From contig QPGO01000098.1 of assembly GCA_008632985.1 (NCBI GenBank), positions 186,001-234,696 of the forward strand: a DNA stretch of 48,696 nt, given 5' to 3'. The stretch comes from Psammoneis japonica. Its lineage: Eukaryota. Of the stretch, positions 47,320-48,696 are shown piece after piece. The notes beneath the pieces were generated by a model that saw nothing but the letters and a program-made list of their open reading frames with translations, was not told the DNA's origin and searched no databases. The position numbers and the translations under genes were made by a program. Each line of letters begins with the position of its first letter. The stretch's first letter is position 1.

Positions 47320-47740
47320 GTGGGTTGGTGACAACCTTGTGGCAAGAATGTCCACGACTCAATGTTTTGCAAATTTCCTTTTTTGGACCCAACAAAGCCA
47401 CAGCTGTGCCCATCAAACAGGGCAACAAGACAGCTCACCCTGTTGCAGATGCACTCTGAGCTGGGCTTGCTGGCTTTGTCCAGCTTGCCATTGTTTGATG
47501 GAAAGCTCAACTTCCACATTGAGATGGGCACTCGTTCTTAAAGTTGTCCAACTGCAGAGACCAACAGAAGTGCGCTGCCCCTCCTCCCAGCAGAGCAGCT
47601 CCAGCAGCAAAAGCAACAGCCCCACATTTTGCAAGCTCTTTTTTTTCTGTGCAAATCTGCCATCTCAAAATTCTCAGAGATGCGGGTGTCACAAAACCTG
47701 ATGGTTTTGAAGCACATGTCTTGTTGCTGCAGCCAGAGAT
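47320..47740 (-). pseudogene. Degenerate third copy of the secreted-protein family (paralogs A/B)
   Basis: Colinear similarity to ~8500-8900 and ~25150-25570, e.g. tgatggaaagctcaacttccacat vs tgatggaaagctcgacttccgcat, and ttgaagcacatgtcttg. The translation shows WLQQQDMCF..ENFEMADLH. Confidence 0.85.
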
Positions 47741-47952
47741 GAGTGTGCAACAAGATGAGATGGTGGGTTCCGGCTCTGTTCCACAAAAAAGCAAAGCACA
47801 CCAAAGCTTTTCAACCTTGGTCTGCATGAATCCAATTGGTCAACTTGCACTGCACACACCAGTGTTGGCCAGGATTGGGCTGGTGGTGGTGGGGATGGAT
47901 GAAAGTGCAAAATGTGCACATGTGCATGGAAACCCCCCTGTGCAGACAGAGC

Positions 47953-48040
47953 NNNNNNNNNNNNNNNNNNNNNNNNNNNNNNNNNNNNNNNNNNNNNNNN
48001 NNNNNNNNNNNNNNNNNNNNNNNNNNNNNNNNNNNNNNNN
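47953..48040. other. Assembly gap (N run)
   Basis: Run of N characters. Confidence 1.
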
Positions 48041-48696
48041 ACACAGCAAGGGAGGAGCAACTGAAGCCATCTGCTGTTGTCTCCATTGCTCCGTCAAGAA
48101 GTGAGAGCACTGGTGTTGTTGTTGCAAACAGTTGCTCTCAGCTCAATCAGAGAGGTCATGGATGAGTCACATTGGCAGAAGGAGGGTGTTGAGCCCTTTG
48201 CTTGCCACATTTTCACATGAAGCTCCATGGCTGCAGGGTCCAGTGCACCTGTGTCATGTGCAGTGAGAACAGCAGCTGTTGGTCACCGCTTTTCTCACAT
48301 GTCCTTCACAGGGCACTCCTGGGGCATCATCAACAGCTGGGACTGGCAGGCATTTGCCAGTGCAGCTGGCCTCCTCTCCTGTCCAAGCTGGATGACAGTG
48401 GCTGTCCAGTGCTGCCCATCAGTCATGGACAGGGCCACAAAATTTTGGATGGGTTGGAAAGTGTCATTTGGAGGGCTGTGGCCAGGCGGCATCCTGTGGG
48501 TTTGCAGGACATTGGCATTTGGGTGAAAGATGAAAGCACCGTCTTGGAGTGTGACATGAGCAAAATTGCACATGACAGGCGCAGCTTGAGACAAACGAGG
48601 TTGACATCAACCCTGGCACAGAGGAGTGCCATGCCATGACACCCGGTGCCTGAACGCAGTGGGCTGAGATGTCACTGGGGTCAAAGCCAAGGTGGT

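Larger units (their letters stand above)
46130..48696. other. CpG/TpA-depleted hypermutated block (runs off the window end)
   Basis: TA is nearly absent from ~46130 and CG is lost progressively from ~47050. Confidence 0.8.

Noticed and set aside
48295..48594. QHWTATVI resembling a Ulp1-like protease His motif
   Set aside because: Only one short motif in hypermutated DNA, with no supporting catalytic Cys context.

Overview
Compact eukaryotic DNA, most likely a diatom or related stramenopile. This is inferred from short GT-AG introns, gene density and gene content; the species cannot be determined. Ordinary genes: a 4-exon bromo-like/MBD/DDT/WHIM chromatin protein, two paralogous secreted proteins, a membrane protein, a Gfo/Idh/MocA oxidoreductase, DPM1 and a repeat+TPR protein. 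Repeats and mobile DNA: a young, internally deleted Mutator (MULE) element with perfect 83-bp TIRs and a 9-bp TSD just upstream of DPM1, and two ~185-bp tandem arrays. There is also an intronless, bacterial-style highly reducing type I PKS (KS-AT-DH-ER-KR-ACP plus an unusual hotdog-like C-terminus). The most striking signal is three blocks (~9.95-20.06 kb, ~36.05-38.23 kb, ~46.13-48.70 kb) that are almost free of BOTH CpG and TpA. Alignable relics inside them (a paralog copy, histone H3, internal duplications) show CG->TG/CA and TA->TG/CA substitutions. This suggests a RIP-like, region-targeted hypermutation process with an unusual TpA A->G component, which also appears to have hit the PKS KR catalytic Tyr. 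Several frameshifts fall in homopolymers and may be assembly errors.
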